Source: Squalus acanthias (taxonomy: Eukaryota). From it: a stretch of DNA of 64,000 nt. Where the stretch lies: NCBI GenBank assembly GCA_030390025.1, contig CM059432.1:89406001-89470000 (forward strand), in the 5' to 3' direction. Shown piece by piece: positions 46,405-60,222 of the stretch (position 1 is its first letter; each line of letters begins with the position of its first letter). The translations under genes were made by a program, and so were the position numbers. Below the pieces are notes generated by a model, which was not told the origin of the DNA, made no database searches, and saw only the letters and a program-made list of their open reading frames with translations.

Positions 46405-48891
46405 TGCTTAACCTTCAGACTCATGAGTCATGTAGACCAGTGTCACTTAGAGGTTTCTTTTTTTTCAGTAAACCACTGAATCTGTTATAAATTCTCTGCG
46501 TAAAACGTGCTACAATAATTTACTCAGAAAGTGAGTTGGAAGCAGTATTGGTCAGGGTCACTTTAGGATGTGATTGGTAATATTCAGATTGCCTTTGGAA
46601 TGTGCCCACATTCTAGAATGAGGATTGCAATAAGAAATGGCCTCAGGAGCAGTACATTATTTTTGAAGAATGTAGAATGACAATCTGCTAATGGACAGTG
46701 CTCTTCAAGGGCAATCATTTGGCAACGGGCACAGATAATTAGCCATTTTTTCTACAGATAAAAGGTACCTCTTTTTATTGAATTTACAGTACAGTAATGC
46801 AATCTATATTAAAAAGAATTGTTAGACACCTATTAAGTAACAGTATTTTGCATGTCTCTTGCAAATGTGGAGGCTCAGAATATAGTTACTAGTGACTAAT
46901 CATGTTGTAAAGGAATATAAATTAATCAATTAGCCTGAGTGGCTGTATATGTCAATGTTTCATTCTTTTTCCATACTGAAACCATTTTCATTATATGCCA
47001 TAAGCCAGCCACGGCACTTTGAACAATTCAGAAAAGCAGCCTATTAGCAAACTGTCTCCTGAATAATGGTATCAACTTTCCTGGTGGTGTTTCATATTCC
47101 AGAAGAAAATGTGGGTCCAGGAACACTATTACTTGTCAACCTAGCCCATGACAGGTCAGGTCAGTTCACCTCAAAGGCATTCTGAACATAGATAAACTGT
47201 TCCCATTCTAATCCCAGATGCTGTTGATATGAAAATATCATTTTAAATCATTCAAATTTAAGGAGAGAAGGAGGCTACTTCAACCAATTGTGCACTGAAA
47301 ACCCCATAATGGAGCTATTTACTCTAGTGCAATTTTGCTGCTCTTTCCCTGTTCCCGTGAATATTTCAAGGCACCAAAAATCCAGGGAAAGGATGGGAGG
47401 GGGTGGGGGGGTTGGGGGGTGGTGGTGGAAAGCTCCTGCCCAAGACCTCTGCCACTGACCCTCAAAAAGTTTGTTGGGTCAGAGAGATGGCTCTTAATTT
47501 GCGTAGGAATGGTGGGCACCCCACCAATAAGGCCACATACTGTGGCAGAAGAGTGAATGGCAGTAGGGGTATCAGGGTCCCTCCAGAAAGTACAGTCAAC
47601 TTCCCCATGCGTCCTTCTTCATAAGGGGGCTGCATTTAAATATGAACTTTTTAAAATTCACCCCTTTTACTTTGGAGCTCTAGATTTCAGATCCCAACCT
47701 GGACTCCCAAGTGGACCCCAAAACCACCTGTTGGCAGCCTGATAGGCCTGGTCCCTATGTGACCAGGGATGCAGGAACTCCCGGTATTGGGAGTCCCCTC
47801 CCCATCCTACATTGGTGGCCTTGTATGGGGTGAACAGGCTCTGGCCCTTCCAAGACCTATGGAATATCCTACATATGGTTGAGATCTGGAGTAGCCAATT
47901 CCTGTCCAGATTTCTAGCCCTTCCAGTGCAGTCCCTCTGGAGTTATGGTGAGTGCACCCAGGGGCACATAAACGCACAGGTCTACAGGACCCATGTACAG
48001 GGAGCCCAGCCAAACATGGGGCCCCTGCCAGAGGTGGCGAGTTATGTCCAATAGGCAGCTGGCCTGCTGAAGCTGAGGACCTCAACCTCCCCACTCCCGA
48101 TCCTATTGGAACAAGAAGCCACTCGTCAACACCTGTGAGTTCCAGCAGGAGCTCAGGCTTCTGCGTTGGGGTAGGTAATTAATGGGGATTGCGGGAAACG
48201 ATTGTGCAGGGGTACGGAGGGCCCCCGAATGTTTTGGTGCCCAGGGCACCAGAAGTGCCGCAGATTTTAATCCCCCAATTGTTTATCTAACTGTCTCTCA
48301 AACAGTATGATTGAATTAGCTTCAGTAGCCATTCGTGGTAATGCATTTTATATTGTAGTAGCCCTTTGTATAACAAAGTTTCTTCCATCTCTCCCTTTGT
48401 GCTTCCAGATGTAATCCTAAATTTATGCCCCCTTGTTACGAATCATCAATTAGTGGAAATATTTGTTTCACTATTTATTCTCTCAAACCCTTTCATAATT
48501 CTGAACACTTCTATTAGAATTCTCCCCCCTCCACCTGCCTAAGCTTCTCCAATAAGCACAATCCTAGTTTTTCAAGACCCTCATCATAACTATAGCCTCA
48601 CATCTAAACGCTCATTCAAATCAATTTACACACAATCCTTTCCATGGCTCCAGTATCCTTTCCATAATGGAGTGCCCAAAATGATACAATACTGCAACTG
48701 ATTGCTTGTACTGATTCATTATAAGTTCCTTGCTTTTATATTCAATATAGCCAATGATTCTATGATTTTATGAATGTCCCGAAATATAAAGCCCAGAATT
48801 TAATTTGTCCTTTTAATGTTTTTTCCACCTGCAATCCTGCTTTTGTGTGTCAACTGTGGCTCAGTTGGTAGCACTCTCGCCTCTGAGTCAG

Positions 48892-50008
48892 AAGAACAAA
48901 AGAACATAAGAAATAGGAGCAGGAGTAGGCCATACGGCCCTTCGAGCCTGCTCTGCCATTCAATTAAGATCATGGCTGATCTTCGACCTCAACTCCACTT
49001 TCCCATCCGATCCCCATTTTCCTTGATTCCCTGGAGTCCAAAAATCTATTGATCTTAGACTTGAATATACTCAACGACTGAGCATCACAGCCCTCTGGGT
49101 TAGAGAATTCCAAAGATTCACAACCCTCTGAGTGAATAAATTTCTCCTCATCTCAGTCCTAAGTGGCCGACCTCTTAACCTGAGACTATGGGCTGGATTT
49201 TGCCAATGGGGCGCTTTTGGAGGCGGGACTCTAACTTGTCGGGTTTTAGTCACGCCTCCATCGACTTCTGGCCAACCCACGCTATTTTCCCTTGATTGAC
49301 CTTGTTAAACCCGCGCAGCAGGCTTAGTAGGCCAATTAAGTGGAAGCCAGTTACAGAGAACGTCAGCATATGACGTTTCATCTGTCAAATTTTTTGACAG
49401 ATGAATTGTCTGCGAAGCTGTCAAACACTGACATTCTCTGTTGTTTGATGAGTCCTTGTATTCAAGGCTCATCAAACCTCTTTCTTTAGCAGAAATTAGA
49501 TGGTTGTTGCATTGGAGAATGCAGCAGCCATTTGTCATCTCTGCCGGTGAGATGCGAGACTCTCCGCATCCCCAACGATTGAAGCCTGCAGGTAAGTAAA
49601 CATTTTCTATCACTTTCCACTCCCCTCACATACTTACCTCTCCACACTTGCACCCATCACTTACCTTCACAGCGCACTTTTGTACCCCTCCGACCCCCGC
49701 AGACCCACTGCTTGCCTCGGTGGCCCTGGTGGGGTTCGCAGCCTTCGGGAAACCCGCACTTGTGTGGGTAAAATGGGGATAATCCTCTTATCTGCCTGTT
49801 AACTACCTGTTAACAGGCAGTTAAGTGGCTGTAATCCCCTTCCCACCTCCAGGAGATGGGACCCAGCGCGGGTGCCCAACCCGCCTCCCGGGAAGATGGC
49901 ACCCGCCCCCAGATTCTGCCATTTTCCCGTCAGTTCCGCCTCCAAACCCACCTCCCCAGGGCTGGCAAGATCGTGCTCTATGTCCCCTAGTTCTAGACTC
50001 TCCAGCCA
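48892..50008 (-). mobile_element. CR1 3' fragment (48892-49189 plus 49979-50008)
   Basis: aagaacataagaaataggagcagg tail; FTQRVVNLWNSL. Confidence 0.9.
49190..49978. mobile_element. Harbinger-type MITE (~789 bp)
   Basis: Termini GGGCTGGATTTTGCCA / TGGCAAGATCGTGCTC (12/16); TSD TAT; the CR1 host is continuous across the site. Confidence 0.8.
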
Positions 50009-50639
50009 GGTTGTAGGTTCAAGTCCCATTCCAGAGACTTGAGCACAAAAATCTAGGCTGACACTCGAGCGCAGAACTGAGGGAGTGCTGCACTATTGGT
50101 AGTGCCTTCCTTTGGATGAGATGTTAAACCGAGGCCCCGTCTGCCCTCTCACGTGGATGTAAAAGATCCTATGGCACTATTTTGAAGAAGAGCAAGGGCA
50201 ATATCTCCGGTGTCCTGGCCAATATTTATCCTTCAATCAACATCACTAAAACAGATTATCTGGTCATTATCACATTGCTGTTTGTGGGACCTTACTGTGC
50301 ACAAATTGGCTTCCACATTTCCTACATTACAACAGCGACTACACTTCAAAAGTACTTCTTTGGCGATAAAGCGCTTGCTGAGGTCATGAAAGGCGCTATA
50401 TAAATGCAAGTCTTTCTTTCTTTTTAGATCTGTGTATCTCTACCCCATGGTCTCTCTGTTCTTCCACTCCATTGAGAATTTTACAATTTAGAGTGTATAT
50501 TTATCTGAACGTACCACTTAAGATTTATTTTCATGAAGGTACATTTGCCACATCTCTACCAATTCTCCTACCTGTCTATGTGGTCTTCTCTAATCTCCTG
50601 CATTGTTCATCATTGCGCCATAATTTGCTATCAACAGTT

Positions 50640-53600
50640 TGTATGAGCTTCTACAAGTGTGTAAAAAGGAAGAGATTAGCAAAAGTAAACGTGGGTCCCT
50701 TAGAGGCAGAGACAGGGGAAATTATAATGGGGAATAAGGAAATGGATGAGACGTTAAACAAATATTTTGTGTCTGTAATCACAGTAGAAGACACAAAGAA
50801 CATACTGGACATTTTGGAGAACTAAGGGTCTAATGAGAGTGAGGAACTTAAGTTATTAATATTAGTAAAGAAAAAGTACTGGAGAAATTAATGGGATTAA
50901 AAGCCAACAAATCCCCTGGACCTGATGGCCTACATCCTAGGGTTTTCAAAGTGGTGGCTGCATAGATAGTGGATGCATTGGTTTTGATCTCCCAGAATTC
51001 CCTAGATTCTAGAATGGTCCCCATGGATTGGAAGGTAAAAAATGTAACCCCGTGGTTCGAGAAAGGAGGAAGAGAGAAAACAGGGAACTATAGGCCAGTT
51101 AGCCTGAAATCAGTGGTAAAGAAAATGTTAAAATCTATTATTAAGGACGTGGTAACAGGTCACTTGGAAAATCACAATATGATTAGACAGAATCAACATG
51201 GCTTTATGAAAGGGAAATCGTGTTTGAAAAATCTATTAGAGTTTTTTGAGGTAGATAAGGGGGAATAAGTGGATGTAGTATATTTGGATTTTCAGAAGGC
51301 ATTCAACAAGGTGCTACGCAAGAGGTTGTTACACAAGATTAGGGCTCATGGGATTGGGGGTAATATGCAAACATAGAAACATAGAAGATAGGAGCAGGAG
51401 TAGGCCATTCGGCCCCTCGAGCCTGCTCCGCCATTCAATGAGATCATGGCTGATCATCCAAATTCAGTACCCTGTCCCTGCTTTCTCCCCATATCCCTTG
51501 ATCCCTTTAGCCTTAAGAAATATATCTAACTCCTTCTTGAATATATTTAATGAATTGGCCTCAACTGCCTTCTGTGGTAGAGAATTCCATAGGTTCACCA
51601 CTCTCTGGGTGAAGAAATTCCTCCTCATCTCAGTCCTAAATGGCTCACCCCTTATCCTTAGACTGTGACCCCTGGTTCTGGACTCCCCCGCCATCAGGAA
51701 CATCCTTCCTACATCTAGTCTGTCTAGTCCTGTTAGAATTTTGTAAGTTTCAATGAGATCCCCTCTCATTCTTCTAAACTCTAGCGAATAAAAGCCCAAT
51801 CGTCCCAATCTCTCTTCATAGGTCATTCCTTCCATCCCAGGTATCAGTCTGGTGAATCTTCGCTGCACTCCCTCCATGGCAAGAACATCCTTCCTCAGAT
51901 AAGGCGACCAAAACTGCACACAATACTCAAGGTGTGGTCTCACCAAGGCCCTGTACAACTGCAGCAGGACATCCTTGCTCCTGTACTCAAATCCTCTCGC
52001 TATGAAGGCCAACATACCATTTGCCTTCTTAACCGCCTGCTGCACCTGCATGCTTACCTTCAGCGACGGGTGCACAAGGACTCCCAGGTCTCGTTGCACT
52101 TCCCCTTTTCCCAATCTATTGCCGTTCAGATAATAATCTGCCTTCCTGTTTTTGCCACCAAAGTGGATAACCTCGCATTTATCCACATTATACTGCATCT
52201 GCCATGCATCTGCCCAATCACCCAACTTGTCCAAATCATACTGGAGTTTCTCTGCATCCTCCTCACAACACACACGCCCACCCAGCTTTGTGTTGTCTGC
52301 AAACTTGGAGATATTACATCTAGTTCCCTCGTCTAGATCATTAATATATACTGTGAATAACTGGGGTCCTAGCACCGATCCCTGCGGTACCCCACTAGTC
52401 ACTGCCTGCCACTCAGAAAAAGACCCGTTTATTCCAACTCTTTGCTTCCTGTCTGCCAACCAGTTCTCTATCCAAGTCAGTACCTTACCCCCAATCCCAT
52501 GTGCTTTAACTTTTCATGCTAATCTCTTATGCGGGACCTTATCGAAAGCCTTCTGAAAGTCCAAATACACCACATCCACTGGATCTCCCTTATCTATTCT
52601 ACCAGTTACATCCTCAAAAAATTCCAGTAGATTAGTCAAGCATGATTTACCTTTTGTAAATCCATGTTGACTTTGTCCGATCCTGTCACTGTTTTCCAAG
52701 TGCTCAGCTATTACATCTTTTATAATGGACACTAGCATTTTCCCCACTACCGATGTCAGGCTTACCGGTCTATAATTCCCCATTTTCTCTCTACCACCTT
52801 TTTTTAAATAGTGGGGTTACATTAGCTACCCTCCAATCCATGGGAACTGTTCCAGAGTCTATAGAATTTTGGAAGATGACCAGCAATGCATCTACTATTT
52901 CTAGGGCCACTTCCTTAAGTACCCTAGGATGTATATTATCAGGCCCTGGGGATTTATCGGCCTTCAATTCCGTCAATTTCCCTAACACCATTTCCCTACA
53001 AATACTGACTTCATTCAGTTCCTCCCTCTCATTAGACCCTACGTTCCCCGACATCGCTGGGAGGTTATTTGTGTCCTCCTTTGTGAAGACAGAACCAAAG
53101 TATGTATTTAATTGGTCTGCCATTTCTTTGTTCCCCATTATAAATTCCCCTGATTCTGACTGCAAGGGACCTACGCTTGACTTCACCAATCTTTTTCTCT
53201 TCACATATCTATAGAAGCTTTTACAGTCAGTTTCTATGTTCCCTGCAAGCTTACTCTCATATTCTATTTCCCCCCCTCTTAATTAATCTCTTTGTCCTCC
53301 TTTGCTGAATCCTAAACTGCTCCCAATCCTCAGGTTTGCTTCTTTTTCTGGCCAATTTATATGTCCTCTCCTTGGATCTTATGCTATCCCTAATTTCCCT
53401 TGTTAGCCACGGTGGAGTCACCTTTTTTGTTTTATTTTTATGCCAAACAGGGATGAACAAATTCTGTAGTTCATCCATGCGATCTTTAAATGTTTGCCAT
53501 TGCCTATCCACCGTCAACCCTTTAAGTAACATTCCCCAATCCATCCTAGCCAACTCGCGCCTCAGACCATCGTAGTTTCCTTTATTTAAATTCAGGACCC

Positions 53601-54106
53601 TAGTCTCTGAGTCAACTACTTCACTCTCCATCTTAATGAAGAACTCTATCATATTATGATCGCTCCTCCCCAAGGGGCCTCGCACAACAAGATTGCTAAT
53701 TAATCCTTTCTCATTACATAATACCCAATCTAAGATGGCCTGATCTCTAGTTGGTTCCTCGACATATTGGTCCATTAGCATGGATTGAGGATTGGTTAAC
53801 AGACAGAAAACAGAGAGTAGGAACAAATGGGTTATTTTCAAGATGATAGGGTGTAACTAGTGGGGTGCGCAATGATCAATGCTTGCGCCTCAGCCATTTA
53901 CAATCTATATCAATGACTTAGATCAGGGGATCGAGAGTAACTTATCCAAGTTTGCTGATGATACGAAGCTAGGGGGGAAACTAAGCTGCAAGGAGGATGC
54001 AAAGAAGCTGCAAAGGGATATAGTTAATTGATTGGGCAAGAAGGTTGCAGATGGAGTATAATGGGGGAAGTGTGAAATTATCCACTTTGGCAGGAAGAAT
54101 GGAAAA
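50640..54106 (+). mobile_element. CR1 fragment (50640-51366 plus 53774-54106), interrupted
   Basis: NYRPVSL and QHGFMKGKSC; resumes as ...AWIEDWLTDRKQRV and KFADDTK after the insert. Confidence 0.9.
51369..53773 (-). mobile_element. Young CR1 LINE, 5'-truncated
   Basis: Long ORFs 51464-52459, 52514-52783, 52791-53204 and 53257-53841 (SDHN endonuclease end through RT); (TTTCTATG)n tail. Confidence 0.95.
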
Positions 54107-54795
54107 CATAGGAACATATGAACATAGGAACAGGATTAAGCCATTTAGCCCCTCAAGCCTGTTCCGCCATTCAATGAGATCATAGCTGATCTGTGACCTA
54201 ACTCCATATACCCGCCTTTAGCTCATATCCCTTAATACCTTTGGTTAACAAAAATCTATCAATCTCAGATTTAAAATTAACAATTGATCTAGCATCAATC
54301 GCCGTTTGCGGAAGAGAGTTCCAAACTTCTACCACCCTTTGTGTGTAGAAGTGTTTCCTAATTTCACTCCTGAAAGGTCTGGCTCTAATTTTTAGACTAT
54401 GCCCCCTAGTCCTAGACTCCCCAACCAGTGGAAATAGTTTCTCTCTATCTACCCTATCTGTTCCCCTTAATATCTTGAAAACTTCAATCAGATCACCCCT
54501 TAACCTTCTAAATTCCAGGGATAACAACCCTAATTTGTGTAATCTTTCCTCGTAACTTAACCCTTGGAGACCTGGTATCATTCTGGTAAACCTACACTGC
54601 ACTCCCTCCAAGGCCAATATATCCTTCCTAAGGTGTGGTGCCCAGAACTGCTCACAGTACTCCAGGTGTGGTCTAACCAGGGCTTTGTACAGCTGCAGCA
54701 TAACTTCTACCCCCTTATATTCTAGTCCTCTAGATATAAAGGCTAGTATTCCATTAGTCTTTCTGATTATTTTCTGTACCTGTTCGTGACATTAA
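54107..54795 (-). mobile_element. CR1 3' fragment
   Basis: 167-aa C-terminal ORF (LVRPHLEYC...YTQRVVEVWNSLP) and a microsatellite tail. Confidence 0.95.
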
Positions 54796-56059
54796 AGCAG
54801 AACCCCACATCGAAATAATCACAGCCCCCGAGTCTACTCTACCAGCTCCCATCAATAAGGCAAATTGATTGGTCCATCAACAGCAATGTCTTGGAATATG
54901 GACGACTTGCCTTTTTCAGGTATCAGATTATCCAGTCAGATTACAGAGGATCAATTCAATTTCGATCTCCCATCACCGGGCATATCGTCTTGGAGTGACT
55001 TGGACCTAAAAGAAAGCCTGCTCACTCTCAGGAGCTGCGTTTGCCTTGTGGGGGCCCCATGCAACAGTTCGGTTTGGGGCCCCTACATCTTAGTAGACAA
55101 TGATAATAAATACTACCTACTTAATCTGGTGTCAAATCCACACGCATATGATTGTGAAAAGGGATATTTGCAATAGGTAATATAAAGATATTCGCAAATT
55201 GATCAGGGATCAGCTGTTACCTTTGCATAGGTGTCCTCTCATTGGATCTGCTTGGGGGTCCCTGACTGGTTCAGTACCCCATATAATTGCATGAATTGCA
55301 CGGTCCTAACACTGGCTCTGTTTACTCCCCTGCCCTTCACCACCCCACCCCACCCCACCCCCAGGCCATAGGCACTCATTGATTATTAAGCAATTGACAA
55401 ACATGGGTTTCAGTCCTCACTAGAGGAACAAATACCAATAACTCCTCTCAAGCAGCATCGGGAGCACCACAACTCACAATAAAATGTGTGAGTGCATTGC
55501 CATTATTGTTCTGAACACATCATGTACCCCATCAAATTTTATATTGTACTGCAATGAACAGTAGTTCTATTAATTACTGGTGGGACGCTTCAATACTTGC
55601 ATTTTTACAAGACAATTTAGATATATCAGCGTAATTTCTTATAACTAGCCTTCAGGCAACAGCTTGCAGCAATTATAGACCCAAGCCTCATAGTTTCCTC
55701 ATCAGCTGTCGAACAGACATCGGCCTTCAGTGTGGTGGAAGTGCCCATGCGGAAAAGTTTGTGATGCGCTACCTACCTCTTTGTTCTAAATGTCCAAGTG
55801 TAATACTGTGTAACAAGCTTAATTATCGCAAACTACTGAATCCAGGTCCTCCTGTAAGAGGTGTTGGGAAAGATATGCTTGCTATGAGGCTGATTCCCAT
55901 GCAAAATGCTAAACAACAGGGCAATATCAGGCAGAGTCCTTTCCTTTTTGTCACAAATCCACAAAAGAGCTTGTTCCTGGATCTTGCTGGATTGGCTGAA
56001 AAAAGTCCTTCTGTTGCAAGAAGGAGGGGGGAGGGGAGGAGAGGGGGAAGAGAATGGAA

Positions 56060-56200
56060 ATGGTAAGCATCTTTGGCGTTTAGGGCCATCCTCTAATGAA
56101 CAGTTGCATCAGAAGAGCCTGGACAGAGGTGGCTGAAGGAGTCAATGCTGTCCTACTTGTACATCGAACCTGGGAGCAGGTGAGGAAAAAAATGTTTGTT
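56060..56200 (+). pseudogene. Harbinger Myb/SANT fragment
   Basis: RRAWTEVAEGVNAV...RTWEQVRKK matches the Myb/SANT helix pattern. Confidence 0.55.
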
Positions 56201-56741
56201 TCAAGAAGGTTAGTACTGCTTACATGTTGCTTAACTTTACAATACAGCCTTATAAAAGATCTTAACAACAGTGTGGTTTAAGTTTAGGGCAGCATCACCG
56301 AGGAGCCTATTTTTGGGCTGTTAATCTTAAGAAGTCGTTTGACAATTTTCTGAAATTAAGAGCATATATTTACTATTGAATTGTTAATGTGGCATATTCC
56401 AATTCAATAATTTATTTTACCAGCAGTACATTAGGGCATCCAAATAATCACAGTTAGCATCAAAACAAGATAGAAATTTCAAAATTTATGCTAATAGGTC
56501 ATGGTGCCACTGGGCAGAATTGAAAAATGGCATCTGTCTAAAAACTACAGATGTAGATGCAGAAGCAGTTGAAATGCTTAAAATAGAGATAGATTCTTAG
56601 TTGGGAAATAAGGGTAATGTGGAATGTAGAGAAAGGAGAAGGAATTAGGATTAAAAAGATATCCATGGCTAACAAAATGGTGGATCAGGCATGTTAAACC
56701 TATCGGCTTACTCCTATCTCTGAATTGCTAGACAGACTCCC

Positions 56742-58320
56742 AGGCCGCGATTTTCTCCTCGGTATTGGGATGGGTGCGGGTCAGCTGGTTTCCGGGTTCC
56801 AGTCCCACCCCCAGCTGCCTCCACTCTACAGACATGATTTTCCCTTGATTGGCCTTGTTGAGCCCGCCCTGCGGGCTTACCAGCCAATTAACAGGAAGCG
56901 GGTCTGATGACATCATTTGATGATGCGTTATCTGCCAGTTTCCTTAAAGGGACCATGCACAATTTTATTTTGACAGTTGATTTTTCAGTGTTTGACAGCA
57001 TTGAGGTGCTGAAAACACTGACAATCACTGCACAAAGGTGAACTCTTGCACTCAGGTTCTCCAATGACTCCCTCCATATGCTTATGGAGGGAATCACAGT
57101 ACGCAGGGAGGTTCTCTTCCCTTCCAAGAGTGGAATAGACCTCCCCAGGACACCAACTTATCTTGCACCTCCACCCAACCCTCTCTATCTACTTTATCAC
57201 TTCCCCATCTCACTAGCCACCCCTCACACTCACCCTCATTCTACTGCAAGCATACCAACTAACAACACATAAGGGTGGGCACTTGAGGGGTTTAGCCAAT
57301 GTCCATGTGAAGTTTCTGGTAATGTGTTGTCATACAGTGAAATCTCTTTTTCAAAAAGTGCCCCTTATTGGACAGATCTGAGCGCACATTGAGAAATGTT
57401 TTACTGATTTCCAGTGATAACTCCCTTCCAAACCCCCCCCTCCACCACCCCCCCGGCCCGCTATAGTGATGTGTGTGCATGGAATGGCTTGGACATTAAA
57501 GGGATGCTTCACGGTGCTGGTGTGGGATGGTGTCAACCTGGCGCATCATGTGGCAGCCAGGGTTTACAGCATCAAGTGAAGAAAGTCTGGCCATGGTGAT
57601 GCTATCGCTGGCCTCCCGGCCAGCAATTTTGTCAGGGGCTGATGCCCTGTGTCCAGTGCAGCATCAGGTGATGGTGGTGAAGGTTGGTGATGAGGTTGGT
57701 GATGTTGGTGTTGGGGATGATTGTGGAAGGATTCGGAGGACCAAGGTGTGATTGTTTCATTGGCTTCGATGTTGCTGGAATAGATGGCAGCTGCAGGTGA
57801 GATGACAGAAGCGATCTGTCACTGGTGAGAGAGGTTCTCCCAATGAGGTGGCACTGGACATACAGTTGGATTTTAAAACTTGTAAGCTAAAGAAATCTGT
57901 ATATGTATTAAAAATGCAGTAACCAACATTTTCTTTGCTCTGAAACTCACCATGTGTAACATTGCATCCTTCACACCATTTCTGCAGCTGTCATCTTTTC
58001 ACAAACATCAGACCAGACTCACAACATGCCACACTTACCTGGCGTGTTTACCGGACATCATGAAACCCAACCCAGAAGCTGGAAAATCGAAAAACAGCCT
58101 GAAAACCACTGACAAGTACCTGCTAATAGGCAGTTAATTGCCTTTAATCTGTTCCCCGCCGCTAGGTGTCGGGTCCATTCACAAATCGGGGACCCGACAC
58201 TTGGGAAGGTTGTGTGGAGGTGGGTTAACGGCGGGTGTGGAACCCGCCGTCAATCAAAACGACTTTAACCTCTGACCTGCCTCCAAACCCGCCCTCTGAG
58301 CGCCAGCAAAATTGTGGCCT
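56742..58320 (+). mobile_element. Non-autonomous Harbinger derivative
   Basis: Termini AGGCCGCGATTTT / AAAATTGTGGCCT; Myb start remnant RFSNDSLHMLMEGITVRREVLFP; ends related to the MITE at 49190. TSD unclear. Confidence 0.7.
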
Positions 58321-59973
58321 CAGTTTCACACACTCGTGGAAGGTGGACCTGGATTATATTCTGATGCATTCATAAAGCATTTGACAATGGCTCCACCTTA
58401 GATTTTAATTACTATGGAAAAGTTTCATGGAATTGAGAGAGAAGTAGAGTGGTGGCAACTATTTGCGTATTTCACAAATGCACAGGTATAACGATGTTTT
58501 ATCAGCATACTGTATATGCCTACCATACAGCTGCCCTGTGGCCCATTGCAAGTGGCAAGCAACAACTAGCAAGCACACAAGATACCTGCATGCAAGAGGC
58601 CCCCTTTGGCCCTGCCCCTGAAAACAGTTGGGGGGATCGCAATGCACGATTAACTCGCACCCGTTGCTTCCGATGCAGGCGGCAAGCAAAGTTCGTGCTG
58701 TCTGGTAAGTTACATGATATCAGCGTTGAGGTAGCGCTAAACATGCTGCTCAGTGGCTGCGTGACTCAGCAGGGGGCCCAAGTTCATACGAGGCTAGCAC
58801 CACTTAAAGCTAGCCTGCACTAGTTAAAGCCAGCCTGCGCCTCTGAAAGGGGAGGTGCAGTCTAGCTGGAGCAGGTGCTGGAAGTGGCTGGGGAAGAGAG
58901 TCTGACCTGGAAGAACACTGAATTATGGTGCAACTGGGGAGAAAGCATGCTCCAAGGTTCTCAGATACTTGAGGCCTTGGTGGAGGAGATGGACAGGAGG
59001 AGATGCAGTTCCACAAAAAGTTCAATGACCTCACACGAGTGGTCAAGGTCAGTGAATTCATCTTCAAATGCCATATTCCACCAACTGCACCACTAGCCTC
59101 ACACACTGCTCAATGCACCCCACCCCCATCACTAACCTACCAACAATCTCTACCAAACACAACTCACATTCATAACTTCACCTCACCTGCACACACTTAC
59201 CAATGCCGCAAGCCTCACACCCACATCTCACAGCTTGCACACACTGGAAATGATGTGCTCAAGCTTTACGCAAAGCCCTGTGCCAAGTTTGTGGCACTGC
59301 ATCACCTCCTGTCCATTCAACAGGCACACCACCCAAAACACATTGCACCACACTCACTGACACACTTCTTTCTCTCTTGCTTGTTGGTGCATAACTGATG
59401 GCAGCAGGAGTTAACGGGTGGGGGACAGGCACGGTTGCATGACCTTACCCCAATGGAGGAGATGGTGGTTGCCACCTTTGGAGCAGCCATCGCTCAGCCT
59501 GTGGCCAGTGGCAGGGCTGAAACAATCGAAGATGATGGTATCCTCATACCTAATCCTTCTTCTGACTTCCCACTTACCCCTCATCCCACAATTTCTTGTG
59601 TTTCACAAGCTGCACCTCTTGCGTTCCCCCTCCCCTCACCACAACCCTACCCTTGTGTCTTTCTCCTTTCAGATACCCAAGAATTGCAACCTGGCCAGGC
59701 GGTGATGCAGGAGCAAGAACTGGAAGAGGAAGAAGGCAGTGATGTTGAAGACTCCGCACCTGCTACTCGATTTCACACTCACAGCCACCAGCTCAGATAC
59801 TGACACTCCACGTACTTTAGAGGATAGTTTAGACGCAGGATCTACACATGGTGAGACACTGGGCACAAGTAGAGTGGAGCCAGGGCAGGATAGCACAGGA
59901 GACAGCTCCCCAGAGGGCGAGGTCTCACATGAGTTTTGCAGCAGAGGACTCAGATGAGCACTTCAATGGGGCA

Positions 59974-60222
59974 GGCCTGCTTTTACCAGGCATAAGACTT
60001 TTAAAGGTTTTCAGTGAGCGGAGGTTGCGCAGAAAGCGGAACTCTCCACCCGCGGAGGCCCTTCTCCCGGGCAGGCGGATGATCTGTCAAGAGAATTATT
60101 GACAGATCGGAAGTGCCGGGTTTTAGAGCATACGCTTCGCATGCCTGAAACCGGCACTTGCAAGGCCCCTACGGGTGCGTACACACCTCGTACACACCCG
60201 TGGGGGTCGGAATATCCGGCCC
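59974..60222 (-). mobile_element. MITE end related to the 4548/14696 family
   Basis: Ends GAATATCCGGCCC, with the same subterminal CGGGTG.GTAC...GTAC.CACCCG hairpin. Confidence 0.7.

Larger units (their letters stand above)
48854..50425 (+). mobile_element. tRNA-derived SINE split by insertions (48854-48894 plus 50008-50425)
   Basis: The A-box head joins seamlessly to aggttgtaggttcaagtcc (B box) once the insert is removed. Confidence 0.85.
48280..50630 (-). mobile_element. Old CR1 3' fragment hosting a nested SINE/CR1/MITE
   Basis: Decayed CR1 3' sequence at 48280-48850 that continues at ~50427-50630. Confidence 0.6.

Noticed and set aside
44380..48276. Further decayed DNA-transposon remnants (~44380-45200, ~47320-48276)
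   Set aside because: Single TIR-like ends only; no partner TIR, TSD or coding motif could be established.
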